Assembly: GCF_006345805.1 (NCBI RefSeq)
Contig: NC_043008.1
Coordinates: 9,176,001-9,240,000 of the forward strand
Direction: 5' to 3'
Source: Octopus sinensis
Lineage: Eukaryota
Length of the DNA stretch: 64,000 nucleotides
In this document: positions 27,049 through 41,193 of the stretch, piece by piece
Numbering within the stretch: the first letter of the stretch is position 1
How the letters are laid out: each line of letters opens with the position of its first letter
Position numbers and translations under genes: made by a program
The notes under the pieces: model-generated
The model's database searches: none
Told to the model about the DNA's origin: nothing
The model's input: the letters and a program-made list of their open reading frames with translations, nothing else

Positions 27049-29429
27049 GATAAAAATAATAATGATAAAATGAAATTAATCTAGAATAAACCTATTTATA
27101 GTGTACTGTCTCCTTGAGTGAAATTCTATGGCCACACAAATAGAACAGCCTTAGATTGAAGAAAATGTTTCCAGCCAAATGACCATTTTTGGAAAATCTG
27201 GTCTCAGCTTATAATAATCTAAATAAAGAAGGACGGAAAGCAATAGGAGGGGCGTTAGAATTAAGAGGGTAAAAGAATTTCTAAGAACATAAACCAAGAT
27301 TTCACTTCAAAGATCTTATCATTTTTCCTTTTATCTTCTAGTAGTCTCGGTCGTTCGACTGCAGCCATGCTGGAGCACCACATTAGGGAATTTCAAGCCT
27401 GGTATTTATTGTCAGTCTCTTCTGCCAAACTACTAAGTTACAGGGACATAAACAAACCAGCACCAGTTGTCAAGTGGTGGGGGGAAGGGAACAAATAGAC
27501 ACACAGACACATACATACACACATATATACAACGGGCTTCTTTCAGTTTCCATCTACCAAATCCACCCACAAGGCTTTGGTTGGCCCAAGGCTATAGTAG
27601 AAGACATGTGCCACACAGTAGGACTGAACCCAGAACCATGTAGTTGGAAAGTAAGCTTCTTACCACACAGCCATGCCTGTGCATAAATGGTTGAATTTTT
27701 TAATAAAACCATTTAGTTCTAAATTTATCATTTATGAAATACAGTATATGTAATTTAGGTAGTATTTAATTAAAATAGCCATCTATATAACATATTCAAT
27801 GTATACACATTGTCAACAGACCACATACAGCAATATTTGTCCTGAAATAACATCTCTTATGAACTTGCGGCATTAAAAACACAAATAACAGATAAAGTTA
27901 CCCCAGCAGTGACCAGCAAGAGGGCCAGAAGCATTTTGACCTTTTTGGGCCTTTTCACAAAATAGGTGAAGGTCTAATCCATAGAAAGCAGCCAGTTACA
28001 CTCTGTAAAGGGGGTGGCAATAGGAAGGGTGTCCAAAACAGGCAATGGGGCCTTGAGCAGTGTGGCCTGTCAAGCTGTCAAACCCATGTCAGCATGGTAA
28101 ATGGATGTTAAATGATGATCATCATCATTACCATCATCACCATCATCACCATCATCAGCAGCAGCAGCAGCCGTTCAAGAATTTGGATCTGGAGATCTCC
28201 ATTTCCAGCGACTTCGAGGGCCACCTCCCAGTGGTGCCGGGTGTCAACAAAGAGCCCTCGACTACAAGACGACCAAAGTTTTTTTTTCTTTCCAAGGTCT
28301 GGGGTCTCCCGCCCCTAAGCCCTAGACCATCACCTAATCACCCTTGCCTGTCTTGTTGCTTAACAACAACAAAAACAGCAGAGGTAGCAGCAGTAGAAGA
28401 GGCAGCAGCAGTGGTAGCAGCAGCAGGTAGCAGCAACAATCAGAAATTCTTATCAGAGCATGTGGCTGGCTGCAGGTAAACATCACTGAAAAGGCACAAA
28501 AAGGACAAAACACATCTGGTGTTCTCACCACCACCACCACCAGCTGCTGCTGCTGTTGCTGCTGCTGCTGGAATACCTTTTCAGCTCTAATATTTATTGT
28601 GATTTTAACACAGCAAGTCTATAAGAGATATTCATTTCAGGACAAATACAACAGTGACTGGCCTATCAGTGGTGTACGTTAATTATGTTACGTAGACAGT
28701 TGTTTATGAAAAGTATTTGAAAATATTTTAAAACATAAAATTTTAATATAAGGAACATTACTCAAAACCAGCGAGTAAATATTCAATAAGTTTGTTTATT
28801 AAAACACTGGTCAGAATATTTAAACAATCAGTATCTTGTCTGTCTATTTTATATAAGAAGTTGAATTTAAGCGTTGATATTACTTGTTTATAACACTAAA
28901 AAAAATAATAATAATTCTAAAAGGAGACATAGCAATTCTATACCGCAAAACTTAAAATTTTAAATTTTAACACTCCATCACCATCACAAACCAACTATGG
29001 AAAAAAAAAAAAACTGGTGTGATTATATATTATATATAATACATTCATTCACACAGTATCTTTCTTAAGTATACATTCATGCACACAAATATGCATACAC
29101 ACATATATATTATATATATATATATAGCAATAATGTAATATAGCAATAATATAGCAATAATATAGCAATAATATATATAGCAATATATTATATATATATA
29201 TAATATAGCAATAATGCTAAACCCTTTATGCTTAGTATTCCTTAAATTTTCCTCGAATGAGCTTTTACATGCCGAAGACTACTTGGGTAATTGATAATTA
29301 TTCCAAATTAATTAATTTCACCCTTCATTATTACGGATACTATATATATTATATAATATATATATATATATTATATATAATATATATATATATATATGTA
29401 TATATATGTTATATATATTGTATATATAT

Positions 29430-29460
29430 ATTATATATATATGCACACAAATATGCATAC

Positions 29461-29494
<34 letters not shown>

Positions 29495-32400
29495 GCATAT
29501 ATATATATGTGTGGTGTGGAGGTGCAATGGCCCAGTGGTTAGGGCAGCAGACTCGCGATCGTAGAATCGCTGTTTCGATCCCCAGACCGGGCATTGTGAG
29601 TGTTTATTGAGCGAAAACACCTAAAAGCTCCACGAGGTTCCGGCAGGAGGTGGTGGTGATCCCTGCTGTTCTCTTTCGCCACAACTTTCTCTCACTCTTT
29701 CTTCTGTTGGCCTGCTCGCTTAGCCAGCGGGGTGGCGTCACTTGAAGGCTAACAACAATGCAAAGCGCATTGTGACCAGCGATGTGTAACATCTGATAGC
29801 CTGGTCGGTCACAGTGATATATATATATATATATATACTACACCCTTACACACACATATCTACATATATATATCTATATATTAAAACGCATGCATATATC
29901 TCCACATATATATGCTCATAAGCGATTGCCACAATCTCCCATAAATTCAAGTCAGCCTGACATTTACATATATAATTATCTTAGTCTATAAATTCACACA
30001 CAATAAACAATACATATTCTTTAGCATGGACATAGATTTATCAAATATTTATACGAAGGTGTCAGCAAGTTTGCAGTTCATCTTTTATTTTATAAATATT
30101 TTCCATACATTTCAATAAGTTTACAATTACAAGGTTTATCTTTGTTTTTGTTTTTTGCTTTTTTGGGTTTTTTTTTTTTTCAGATAACAAATTCAACCAT
30201 TAGATCATTAAAGTGAGATGTAAATTCATATTCTTAATAAAATTGCCACCTTCTTAATAAGCACAATAACATCTTTCTTTCTTTCGTTGTATCAATTATA
30301 AATCGATACAAAATAATATTCCAAATGTGTTCATTTTGACAGATAATGTTTTATTCAAAATTTTTGTTTTTGTTTTTCTATTGTTATAAGAACTTTCTCA
30401 CAAGGACGAGCTACAGTGTAATAAATTGGTAAGTCTTCTTTCAGTATTGGTAAGTCATTTTAGTGTATTTTAAAACTAAAACAATGAATATTTAAATTAA
30501 ACTACTTCCAAAAAATAAAGGTTTAAATATATATTTAAACCAATATGGAAGGACAGACTTAATTCATAGAGAGATGCTTTTGTAATGTCCCCTTCTAACA
30601 GATACACAGGGGCAGGCATGGCTGTGCGATAAGAATCTTGCTTCCCAACCACATGGTTCTGGGTTCAGTCCCACTGCATGGCACCTTGGGCAAGTGGGTT
30701 CTGTTATAGCCTCAGGCCAACTATAGCCTTGGGAGTGGATTTGATAGATGGAAACTGTAAGAAGACCATCATATATCATCATCATCACAATCATCATCAT
30801 CATCATCATATAGCATCTGCTTTCTATGCTGGCATGAGTTGGACAGTTTGACTAGAAGTGGTAAAGCCAGAGGGCTGCACCAGACTCCAGTCTGATTTGG
30901 CATGGGTTCTACAGCTGGATGCCCTTCCTAACACCAACCACTCCAAGAGCGTAGTGTATGCTTTATACATGCCACATGTTTGTGTATGTGGTTTTGTCCC
31001 CCACCACAGCTTGATAACCAGTGTTTGTGTGTTTATGTCCCCAGAACTTAGCAATTCAGCAAAAGAAACTGATAGAATAAGCAGCAGGCTTAAAAAGAGA
31101 AAAAGCATAGATTTGTTTATGTCACTGCAACTTAATTCATACAAAAGGGCTTTTGTAATGTCCCCTTCAAACAGATACACAAGAACAGGCGTGGCTGTGT
31201 GGTAAGAAGCTTGCTTCCCAACCACATAGTATGGGTTCAGTCCTACTGCATGGCAATTTGGGCAAGTGTCTTCTGCTATGGCCTCGGGCCAACCAAAGCC
31301 TTGGAATGTACATATATATATATCATCATCATCGTTTAGCGTCCGCTTTCCATGCTAGCATGGGTTGGACAGTTCAACTGGGGTCTGGGAAACCAGAAGG
31401 CTGCACCAGGCCCAGTCTGATCTGGCAATGTTTCTATGGCTGGATGCCCTTCCTAACGCCAACCACTCCGTGAGTGTAGTGGGTGCTTCTTACGTGCCAC
31501 CGGCACAGGTGCCAGACGAGGCTGGCAAACGGCCACAATCGGATAGTGCTTTTTATGTGCCACCGGCATAATAATAATAATAATAATAATAATATGAGGG
31601 AATAATATTCCAAACTTACAGGGAAAAATTCAATTTAGAAATACTAAATCAAATTTCACAAAATATGATATATATATGGGTTATTTGTTGTTATTTTTTA
31701 TTATTTCAGTGAAAACATATTTTGAATATTTTACTAAGTTTTCAGGTGTTGACATTAAGAGTTCTTTCTATATATATATATATAAATATATATACATATA
31801 TATTTCTTTAGGTATAATTTGTTTGAATTTATATTTGGTGATTATTGTGGTTGCTTCTGAAGTTTGTAAGACTCACAGCATAGGTACCTGGCTTGAAAAA
31901 AAGAAGCACCTGAGGTTGATTCATTCGACTAAAAATTCTTCAAAGCAGTGCCCCATGGTCGCAGTCTAATGACAGAAACAAGTACAAGATAGATATTTAA
32001 AAGTATTTTCAAACACACTTTGTAAATAATAACTACGTTGATTAAATAAAGCGTTTTTAAAACAGATCTAATTAGATCCTTTAAGTGAAGTGTTTTGATT
32101 TTTATTCTTACTTACACCACAACTCATTCTTAATAACTACCACACACTCCACTTCCGTGTTTCCCTTTTTGCCTTGTTTCTCTTATAAATTGATACAAAA
32201 TAATATTTTAAATCTGATTATTCTAACAAATAATGTTTTTCTTCTGTCTGGATTCCTCAGAAACCATATTTTTATATGTGCCGTTCTGTTATTTTCTTTC
32301 AAAAAGCAAAAAAAAAAATGATTTGTATAAATACGATGAAAACTGATTATCTAAATAGTTTGAGCTCTGATAAAACGGGGAAATAACTGGCCAGCCTCAA

Positions 32401-32540
32401 CACTGGAAGGAAGGAAGGAAGGAAGGAATGAATGAATGCATACATACATGTGTGTGTGTACACATATATATTATGTATATATAATATATATATAAATATA
32501 ATATATAATATATATATATATTATATATATATTGTATGTA

Positions 32541-32592
<52 letters not shown>

Positions 32593-32850
32593 GATATAAT
32601 AAATTTTTCTCTCTCCATATATATATATGTATATTATGTATATATATATATATCATCATCATCATCGTTTAACGTCCGTTTTCCATGCCAGCATGGATTG
32701 GACGGTCTCGACCGTGGTCTGGGAAGCCAGGAGGCTGCACCAGGCTCCAGTCTGATCTGGCAGGTTTCTACAGCAGGATGCCCTTCCTAATGCCAACCAC
32801 TCCGTGAGGTAGTGGGTGCTTTTTACACACACTACATACATATATATATA
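29430..32850. repeat. Duplicated block A (partner at 33520-36570)
   Basis: Colinear non-repetitive AT-rich sequence and identical SINE order in both blocks. Confidence 0.92.
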
Positions 32851-33276
32851 TATATATATAATATATATAGATATATGTATGTTTACATATTATACATACA
32901 TAATATATTATATATATATATATATTATAGAAAAAAAGGTTTGAAAATGCAATTTAAACGATGTGTTTATTTACTTAACCGGTTTCACTCTTTGGTAAAA
33001 GATTGTCAAAAGTTACATTAAGGGAAACATTGAATAATATGGGTTCAAAAATCATTCATGCATAAAGGGAAGTATACCACCAATTGGCTACTTCCTCGTT
33101 CTCTCAGTTTCCAGCCTTTATAATACCAACAGGTCAGTAAAAACATATTCTCGCCTTGTACTTAAAATATTCTGAGATGTATAAAAAATCCATTTTAATT
33201 TTGCTGTTCAAAAGGCTGTATATATATACCGAGATTGTATATATATACATGTAATGTGACAATTTGCGACAACCAA

Positions 33277-33376
33277 NNNNNNNNNNNNNNNNNNNNNNNN
33301 NNNNNNNNNNNNNNNNNNNNNNNNNNNNNNNNNNNNNNNNNNNNNNNNNNNNNNNNNNNNNNNNNNNNNNNNNNNN
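33277..33376. other. Assembly gap (100 N)
   Basis: Run of N. Confidence 1.
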
Positions 33377-33519
33377 TCATCGTTTAACGTCCGTTTTTCC
33401 GGGTTGGGACGGTTCGACGGGGTAAGGGAAGCCAGGGGCTGCTCCAGGCTCCAGTCTGATCTGGCAGAGTTTCTACGGCTGGATGCCCTTCCTAACGTAT
33501 ATGTATATATATATATATA

Positions 33520-35419
33520 ATATATATATGCACACAAATATGCATACATATATATATATATATGTATATATATATGTATATCTATATATTATATGTGTGT
33601 GTGTGGAGGTGCAATGGCCCAGTGGTTAGGGCAGCAGACTTGCGATCGTAGAATCGCTGTTTCGATCCCCAGACCAGGCATTGTGAGTGTTTAGTGAGGT
33701 TCCGGCACGGGGGTGGTAGTGATCCCTGCTGTGCTCTTTCGCCACAACTTTCTCTCACTATTTCTTCTGTTGGCCTGCTCGCTTAGCCAGCGGGGGTGGC
33801 GTCATTGAAGCTAAAAACAATGCAAACGCATTGTGACCAGCGAGGTGACCATCTGATAGCCTAGTCGGTCACAGTGATATATATATATATATATATACAC
33901 ACACACCAACACATATATAACATATTATATATATATACTATACCCTTACACACACATATCTACATATATATCTATATATTAAAAACGCATGCATATATCT
34001 CCACATATATATGCTCATAAGCGATTGCCACAACTCTCCCATAAATTCAAGTCAGCCTGACATTTACATATATAATTATCTTAGTCTATAAATTCACACA
34101 CAATAAACAATACATATTCTTTAGCATGGACATAGATTTATCAAATATTTATACGAAGGTTGTCAGCAAAGTTTGCAGTTCATCTTTTATTTTATAAATA
34201 TTTTCCATACATTTCAATAAGTTTACAATTACAAGGTTTATCTTTGTTTTTGTTTTTGCTTTTTTTGGGTTTTTTTTTTTTTTTCAGATAACAAATTTCA
34301 AACATTAGATCATTAAAGTGAGATGTAAATTCATATTCTTAATAAAATTGCCACCTTCTTAATAAGCACAATAACATCTTTCTTTCTTTCGTTGTATCAA
34401 TTATAAAGAGACTACAAAATAATATTCCAAATGTGTTCATTTGACAGATAATGTTTTATTCAAAATTGTTTTTTGTTTTTCTATTGTTATAAGAACTTCT
34501 CACAAGGACGAGCTACAGTGTATAAAATTGGTAAGTCTTCTTTCAGTATTGGTAAGTCATTTTAGTGTGGTTTTAAAACTAAAACAATGAATATTTAAAT
34601 TAAACTACTTCCAAAAAATAAAGGTTTAAATATATATTTAAACCAATATGGAAGGACAGACTTAATTCGTAGAGAGATGCTTTTGTAATGTCCCCTTCTA
34701 ACAGATACACAGGGGCAGGCATGGCTGTGCGATAAGAATCTTGCTTCCCAACCACATGGTTCTGGGTTCAGTCCCACTGCATGGCACCTTGGGCAAGTGT
34801 GTTCTGTTATAGCCTCAGGCCAACTATAGCCTTGAGAGTGGATTTGATAGATGGAAACTGTAAGAAGACCATCATATATCATCATCATCACAATCATCAT
34901 CATCATCATCATCATATAGCATCTGCTTTCTATGCTGGCATGAGTTGGACAGTTTGACTAGAAGTGGTAAAGCCAGAGGGCTGCACCAGACTCCAGTCTG
35001 ATTTGGCATGGGTTCTACAGCTGGATGCCCTTCCTAACACCAACCACTCCAAGAGCACAGTGGGTGCTTTATACATGCCACATGTTTGTGTATGTGGTTT
35101 TGTCCCCCACCACAGCTTGATAACCAGTGTTTGTGTGTTTATGTCCCCAGAACTTAGCAATTCGGCAAAAGGAACTGATAGAATAAGCAGCGGGCTTAAA
35201 AAGAGAAAAAGCATAGAATTGTTTATGTCACTGCAACTTAACTCATACAAAGGGGCTTTTGTAATGTCCCCTTCTAACAGATACACAGGAGCAGGCATAG
35301 CTGTGTGGTAAGAAGCTTGCTTCCCAACCACATGGTTCTGGGTTCAGTCCCACAGCATGGCACTTTGGGAAAGTGTCTTCTGCTATAGCCCCAGGCCAAC
35401 CAAAGCCTTGGAAAGTACA

Positions 35420-35483
<64 letters not shown>

Positions 35484-36570
35484 GAGGGAATAATATTCCA
35501 AACTTACAGGGAAAAATTCAATTTAGAAATACTAAATCAAATTTCACAAAATATGATATATATGTATATATATATGGGTTATTTGTTGTTATTTTTTATT
35601 ATTTCAGTGGAAACATATTTTGAATATTTTATTAAGTTTTCAGGTGTTGACATTAAGAGTTCTTTCTATATATATATATATAAATATATATACATATATA
35701 TTTCTTTAGGTATAATTAGTTCGAATTTATATTGGGTTATTATTGTGGTTGCTTTTGAAGTTTGTAAGACTCACAGCATAGGTACCTGGCTTGAAAAAAA
35801 AGAAGCACCTGAGGTTGATTCATTCGACTAAAAATTCTTCAAACCAGTGCCCCATGGTTGCAGTCTAATGATAGAAACAAGTACAAGATACATATTTAAA
35901 AGTATTTTCAAACACACTTTGTAAATAATAACTACGTTGATTAAATAAAGCGTTTTTAAAACAGATCTAATTAGATCCTTTAAGTGAAGTGTTTTGATTT
36001 TTATTCTTACTCACACCACTACTCATTCTTAATAACTACAACACACTCCGCTACCGTGTTTCCCTTTTGGCCTTGTTTCTCTTATAAATTGATACAAAAT
36101 AATATTTTAAATCTGATTATTCTAACAAATAATGTTTTTCTTCTGTCCGGATTCCTCAGAATCCATATTTTTATACGTGCCATTCTGTTATTTTCCTTCA
36201 AAAGGCAAAAAAAAAAAAATGATTTGTATAAATACGATGAAAACTGATTATCTAAATAGTTTGACCTCAACACTGGAAGGAGGGAAGGAAGGAATGAATG
36301 AATGAATGAATGAATGCATGCATGTGTGTGTGTGTACAGATATATATGTATGCATATATATATCATCATCATCATCATCATCATCGTTTAATGTCCGTTT
36401 TCCATGCTAGCACGGATTGGACGGTTCGACCGTGGTCTGGGAAGCCAGGAGGCTGCACCAGGCTCCAGTCTGATCTGGCAGAGTTTCTACAGCAGGATGC
36501 CCTTCCTAATGCCAACCACTCCGTGAGTGTAGTGGGTGCTTTTTTACACTACACATACATACATATATAT
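33520..36570. repeat. Duplicated block B
   Basis: See block A; B lacks the SINE at ~31320-31570 and a ~30-bp segment at ~32366-32397. Confidence 0.92.
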
Positions 36571-36689
36571 ATATATTATATTACATATATACATACATAT
36601 ATACATAATTATATATATATAATATACATATATATACATATATACATTATTACATATATATATATATATATATTATAACATATATACAT

Positions 36690-36733
<44 letters not shown>

Positions 36734-37654
36734 TCTATATATATATATATATATATATACTCTCTTTTCTCTTTTTACTCTTTTACTGTTTCAGTCATTT
36801 GACTGCGGCCATGATGGAGCACCGCCTTTAATCGAGCAATTCGATCCCGGGACTTATTCTTTTGTAAGCCTAGTACTTATTCTATCGGTCTCTTTTGCCG
36901 AACCGCTAAGTAATGGGGACATATAAAAACACCAGCATCGGTTGTCAAGCAATGCTAGGGGGACAAAACACAGGACACACATACACTCAATATATATATA
37001 TCTATATATACGACGGGCTTCTTTCAGTTTCCGTCTACCAAATCCACTCACAGGGCGTTTGTCGGCCCGAGGCTATTAGTTAGAAGACACTTGCCAAGGT
37101 GCCATGCAGTGGAATGAACCCGGAAACCATGTGGTTAGTAAACAAGCTACTTACCACACAGCCACTCCGATTTTAAATGAAGATGATCATGATCATGATC
37201 ATGATGACATGTATGTTTATATAGCATCATTATTTTAACATCCACTTTTCCATGGAATTTACCGAAGCAGATTTTCTACAGTTGGATGTCCTTCCTGTTG
37301 CCAATCTTTACCTTGTTTCCAAGCAAGGTAATATTTCACCATGACCAGGTATGTTTTAACAGAATATTGGAAATGAATGATATTCGTGAACAATAATATG
37401 TAGAAGGGCACTTGCTCAAGGTACCATGCAGCGGGATTTGAACCCAAAACGATATGACTGGAAAGCAAACCTCTTAACCCCATACACAATATATATATAT
37501 AGGAGATTGTCTGTGTGTGTGTGTGGTGTCCAATTCCCCTCCCACCCTCTCATTTTTATTTAACAACCATTTGTTCATCCACTGCTGCCACCCTTTAGAC
37601 TTTCTATGTTTCACTTCTCCTCCCATTCTACTTTCACTTTCATTTACATTCTCT

Positions 37655-37982
37655 CACCTTCTCTCTCTTTCTTTCTTTCTTTCTCCCTTTCTCTCTCTCT
37701 CACTCTTTCTCTCTCTTTCTCTCTCTCTCTTTCTCTCTCACTCTCTCTCTCTCTTTCCCTCTTCTCTCTCTCTCTTTCTCTCTCTTTCTCCCTCTCTCTC
37801 TCTTTTTCTCTCTTTCTCTCTGTCACTCCTTCTCTCTCTCTCTCTTTCTCTCTCTCAATCTTTCTCTCTCTCAATCTTTCTCTCTCTTTCCCTCTCTCTC
37901 ACTCTTTCTCTCTCTTTCTCCCTGTCACTCCTTCTCTCTCTTTCTCTATCTTTCTCTCTCTCTTTCTCTCTCCCTCACTCTT

Positions 37983-38013
<31 letters not shown>

Positions 38014-38088
38014 CTCTTTCTCTCTCTATCTTTCTCTCTCTCCCTTTCTCTCTCCCTTTCTCTCTCCCTCTCTCTCTTTCTCTCTCTT

Positions 38089-38132
<44 letters not shown>

Positions 38133-38248
38133 TCAATCTTTCTCTCTCTTTCTCCCTCTCTCTCACTCTTTCTCTCTCTTTCTCCCTGTCACTCCTTCTC
38201 TCTCTTTCTCTATCTTTCTCTCTCTCTCTTTCTCTCTCCCTCACTCTT

Positions 38249-38322
<74 letters not shown>
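37655..38322. repeat. CT-rich polypyrimidine microsatellite with internal higher-order duplication
   Basis: Direct inspection; the ctcaatctttc...ctgtcactcc pattern recurs ~265 bp apart. Confidence 0.9.
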
Positions 38323-38323
<1 letters not shown>

Positions 38324-40182
38324 CCTCATTAAAATTTTCCAACATCTTAAGCACAAGGAACAAAAGCAGTATGAACAAAAAAAATGTAAAAAAAAGGGGA
38401 AAAAGAAATAATACACAGTATAACAAGGAGCAGGGAATGGGGAAGGGGCAAACCATTCTCTTGTAGCCAGACTTTATCCATTTCTCTTTTAGACTTTTCC
38501 CTCTTTCTCTTACTACTTGACTTTATCCATTTCTCCCTTCTGGACACTTACAGCTCCTCATAAAAACTTGCCATTGTCTTCAGAGGTTTGACATCAAAAG
38601 TTATTTTATTTAAAGAAATATCAGCCACAAAAACACTTTGTTTACGTTTCCACACATCCTGTCACTCAAATTATTTATGTCTTACATTTCTTCAAATCAC
38701 ATTTTTTACAATTTCTCTTTAAATTAATAGCCACAGGTCAGCACCAGACAGTGATAATTTCATTCTACAACATTAATGTTTGAGAAGACTCTTCAGTGTT
38801 TTTGTCTTTTTTTTTTTCTTCTCCATAAAAATGTTTTCCTTCCCTGATATATCAAGAACTGAGACACACAATTGCTCTTTTAATAATTTGCTTCCATCAA
38901 TAATACCACAGGAAAAAATGTCCCGCCTATGTCTTCCACTATTAGATGCAAGAGTGTACTAAGGGCAATGAATTAACAACATTAACAAAAACTGTAAGCT
39001 AATGCTGCTTACAAGAAATTAAAGATTGGTAGTGAGTGTGTAGCTTACTGTAATCAGAATGCTTACCAGCCAGGCTGTCCTTACACAACTGGAGGTGCCT
39101 GATGAACAACAGGTTCACCTTCAAACCATTGCTTTCAGACAGGTTGCAGATAAATACCATGAGACCCCACAAGAGAACCAGATAGAAAGCTCAAAGAACA
39201 ACACAAGCAGAGACAAAATTCTGGCCAAACACACCTTGAGTTGTGGAAAAGAGGTGCCTTCAACTATGATGCTGGACATGACCATGCTTCTGAAAAAATA
39301 GTTATTTCTTTACTACCCACAAGGGGCTATACAGAGGGAGGACAAACAAGGACAGACAAACTGATTAAGTCGATTATATCGACCCCAGTGCGTAATTGGT
39401 ACTTATTTAATCGACCTCGAAAGGATGAAAGGCAAAGTTGACCTCGGCGGAATTTGAACTCAGAACGTAACGGCAGACGAAATACGGCTATGCATTTCGC
39501 CCGGTCTGCTAACGTTTCCGCCAGCTCGCACATAAATACCATGAGCTTTCTATCTGGTTCCAGATAGAAAGCTCAAAGAACAACACAAGCAGAGACGAAA
39601 GTCTGGCCACACACACCTTGAGTTATGGAAAAAAGGTGCCTTCAACTATGATCCTGGACACGACCATGCTTCTGAAAAAATAGTTTCAATTGGTGCCATG
39701 TCCAAAATTGATGACAAACGTTTAGACAATAAATGGAAATAAGAGACAAACATATTGTGCTATTCCACTAAAAAATTTAATCTAACGGTCATTGTTGATC
39801 CACCCAAGCCTCTAAAACAGCTTCTAACTGCTGCAGCAAAGAAATCCATACATCTTTTGAAGAACATCAGAAAATATAACTGTTTTCCAAGTGGCTTCTT
39901 TTGAAACCAACATCTTCAGAGAAGAGGAAAAATCTGCCAACTTTAAAAGTTAAAGGAAAAATCTGCCCCAAAACTGATTTCCTTCAACTCTTCCAAATGA
40001 AGGGCCTTTTTTTCTGCCACTGTACTCTGTTAATGACTAAAAGAGATTGATTCATAGTAGGAAAATCATTTCCCTGAGAACAAAGAATAAAAAAATGTCT
40101 GACCATTCTGGAATGCAATCAACATTGGTAAAAAAACATTCTCCATCCACTGAAAATAAATATCCATTTTGGTGCAACTTAC

Positions 40183-40375
40183 CTGTGGATGTACTGAATG
40201 ATCAGCAGCAAAACTCTGGAACTTGAACGGAATGTGTATTACTTCCTTGGGTCTCATCAGTATCTGCTTCCATTTTCCATCCACATTGCTCTCAATAAAC
40301 ATATCCTCTTCCACTGGGGTGGTCACATTGGTCTGTGACTTGAAATACCTCCATTCTTGAGCATCAGTTATAACG
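40183..40375 (-). CDS. NPHP4: Nephrocystin-4 exon (SVITDAQEWRYFKSQTNVTTPVEEDMF...LMRPKEVIHIPFKFQSFAADHSVHPQ)
   Basis: Acceptor ctttttaaccttag, donor cag|gtaagt; 193 nt, phase 2-0. Resembles human SVIVDSQEWRDFK...TPVEEDMF...LRPHETAHVPFKFQSF. Confidence 0.93.
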
Positions 40376-41193
40376 CTAAGGTTAAAAAGAAAAACAAGAG
40401 ATGGTATGACCATTATTGTCATCATCACCATCACCATCATCAGTATTCTATTTTCATTTGTTGATGTTATTTAACTGCAGGTCAGCCATGACCAAGCAGA
40501 TCTGATCCCTTATACAAAGAAAGTATAAAATGTCCCTAGACCGGTGTGTCTCTTTCATGAACCCCCTGTGGGACCTCACTCTGCTCCTTGCACTGGATGT
40601 TATGCCAGTCTATCACAGTTACTTTTTGCAATGGGTACAACTGAAAAAGAGCTTGGTAAACTTAGGAAATACGAGTTGATTTTACAGTGCTGTTGGTTAA
40701 AGCAGGGAATTATTCCTACACTGTAGTCCTTATTTATAGCCATGTAACCTGGGCCAAATAAAAGTCAAGTTTCCTTCCAACATACACACTGGTAATGAGA
40801 GGATATAAACTGCTCTCCTCTTAAATAGATGTTACAGCTGATTGACTCAGCTACTTATGCTCTCCTACAGAAAATTACAGCCAACTCATCTGGTACAGTG
40901 CATCTAGGGTAGTACACACAGGTTCTAAAAATACTGTCTGATAAGTATACCTATTTCTTTACTAGCCACAAGAGGCTAAACACAGAGAGGACAAACAAGG
41001 ACAGACAAACTGATTAAGTCGATTACATCGACCCCAGGGCATAACTGGTACTTATTTAATTGACCCCAGAAGGATGAAAGGCAAAGTCGACCTCGGTGGA
41101 ATTTGAACTCAGAATGTAACAGCAGACAAAATACCACTAAGCATTTCGCCTAGCGTGCTAACATTTCTGCTAGCTCGCCGCCTTTACATGTGT

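Noticed and set aside
28060-28479. 139-aa His/Gln/Ala-rich ORF
   Set aside because: Starts in a SINE tail and runs through CAT/CAG microsatellites; no domain recognised.
29518-29595. tRNA-like sequences at SINE heads (also ~52235 and ~61130)
   Set aside because: No complete cloverleaf, and they continue into SINE bodies or microsatellite tails; not called as tRNA genes.
38550-38660. Open minus-strand segment DVWKRKQSVF...SFYEEL between an AG and a gtaagt donor
   Set aside because: Weak polypyrimidine tract, ends in phase 2, and no resemblance to NPHP4; likely chance.
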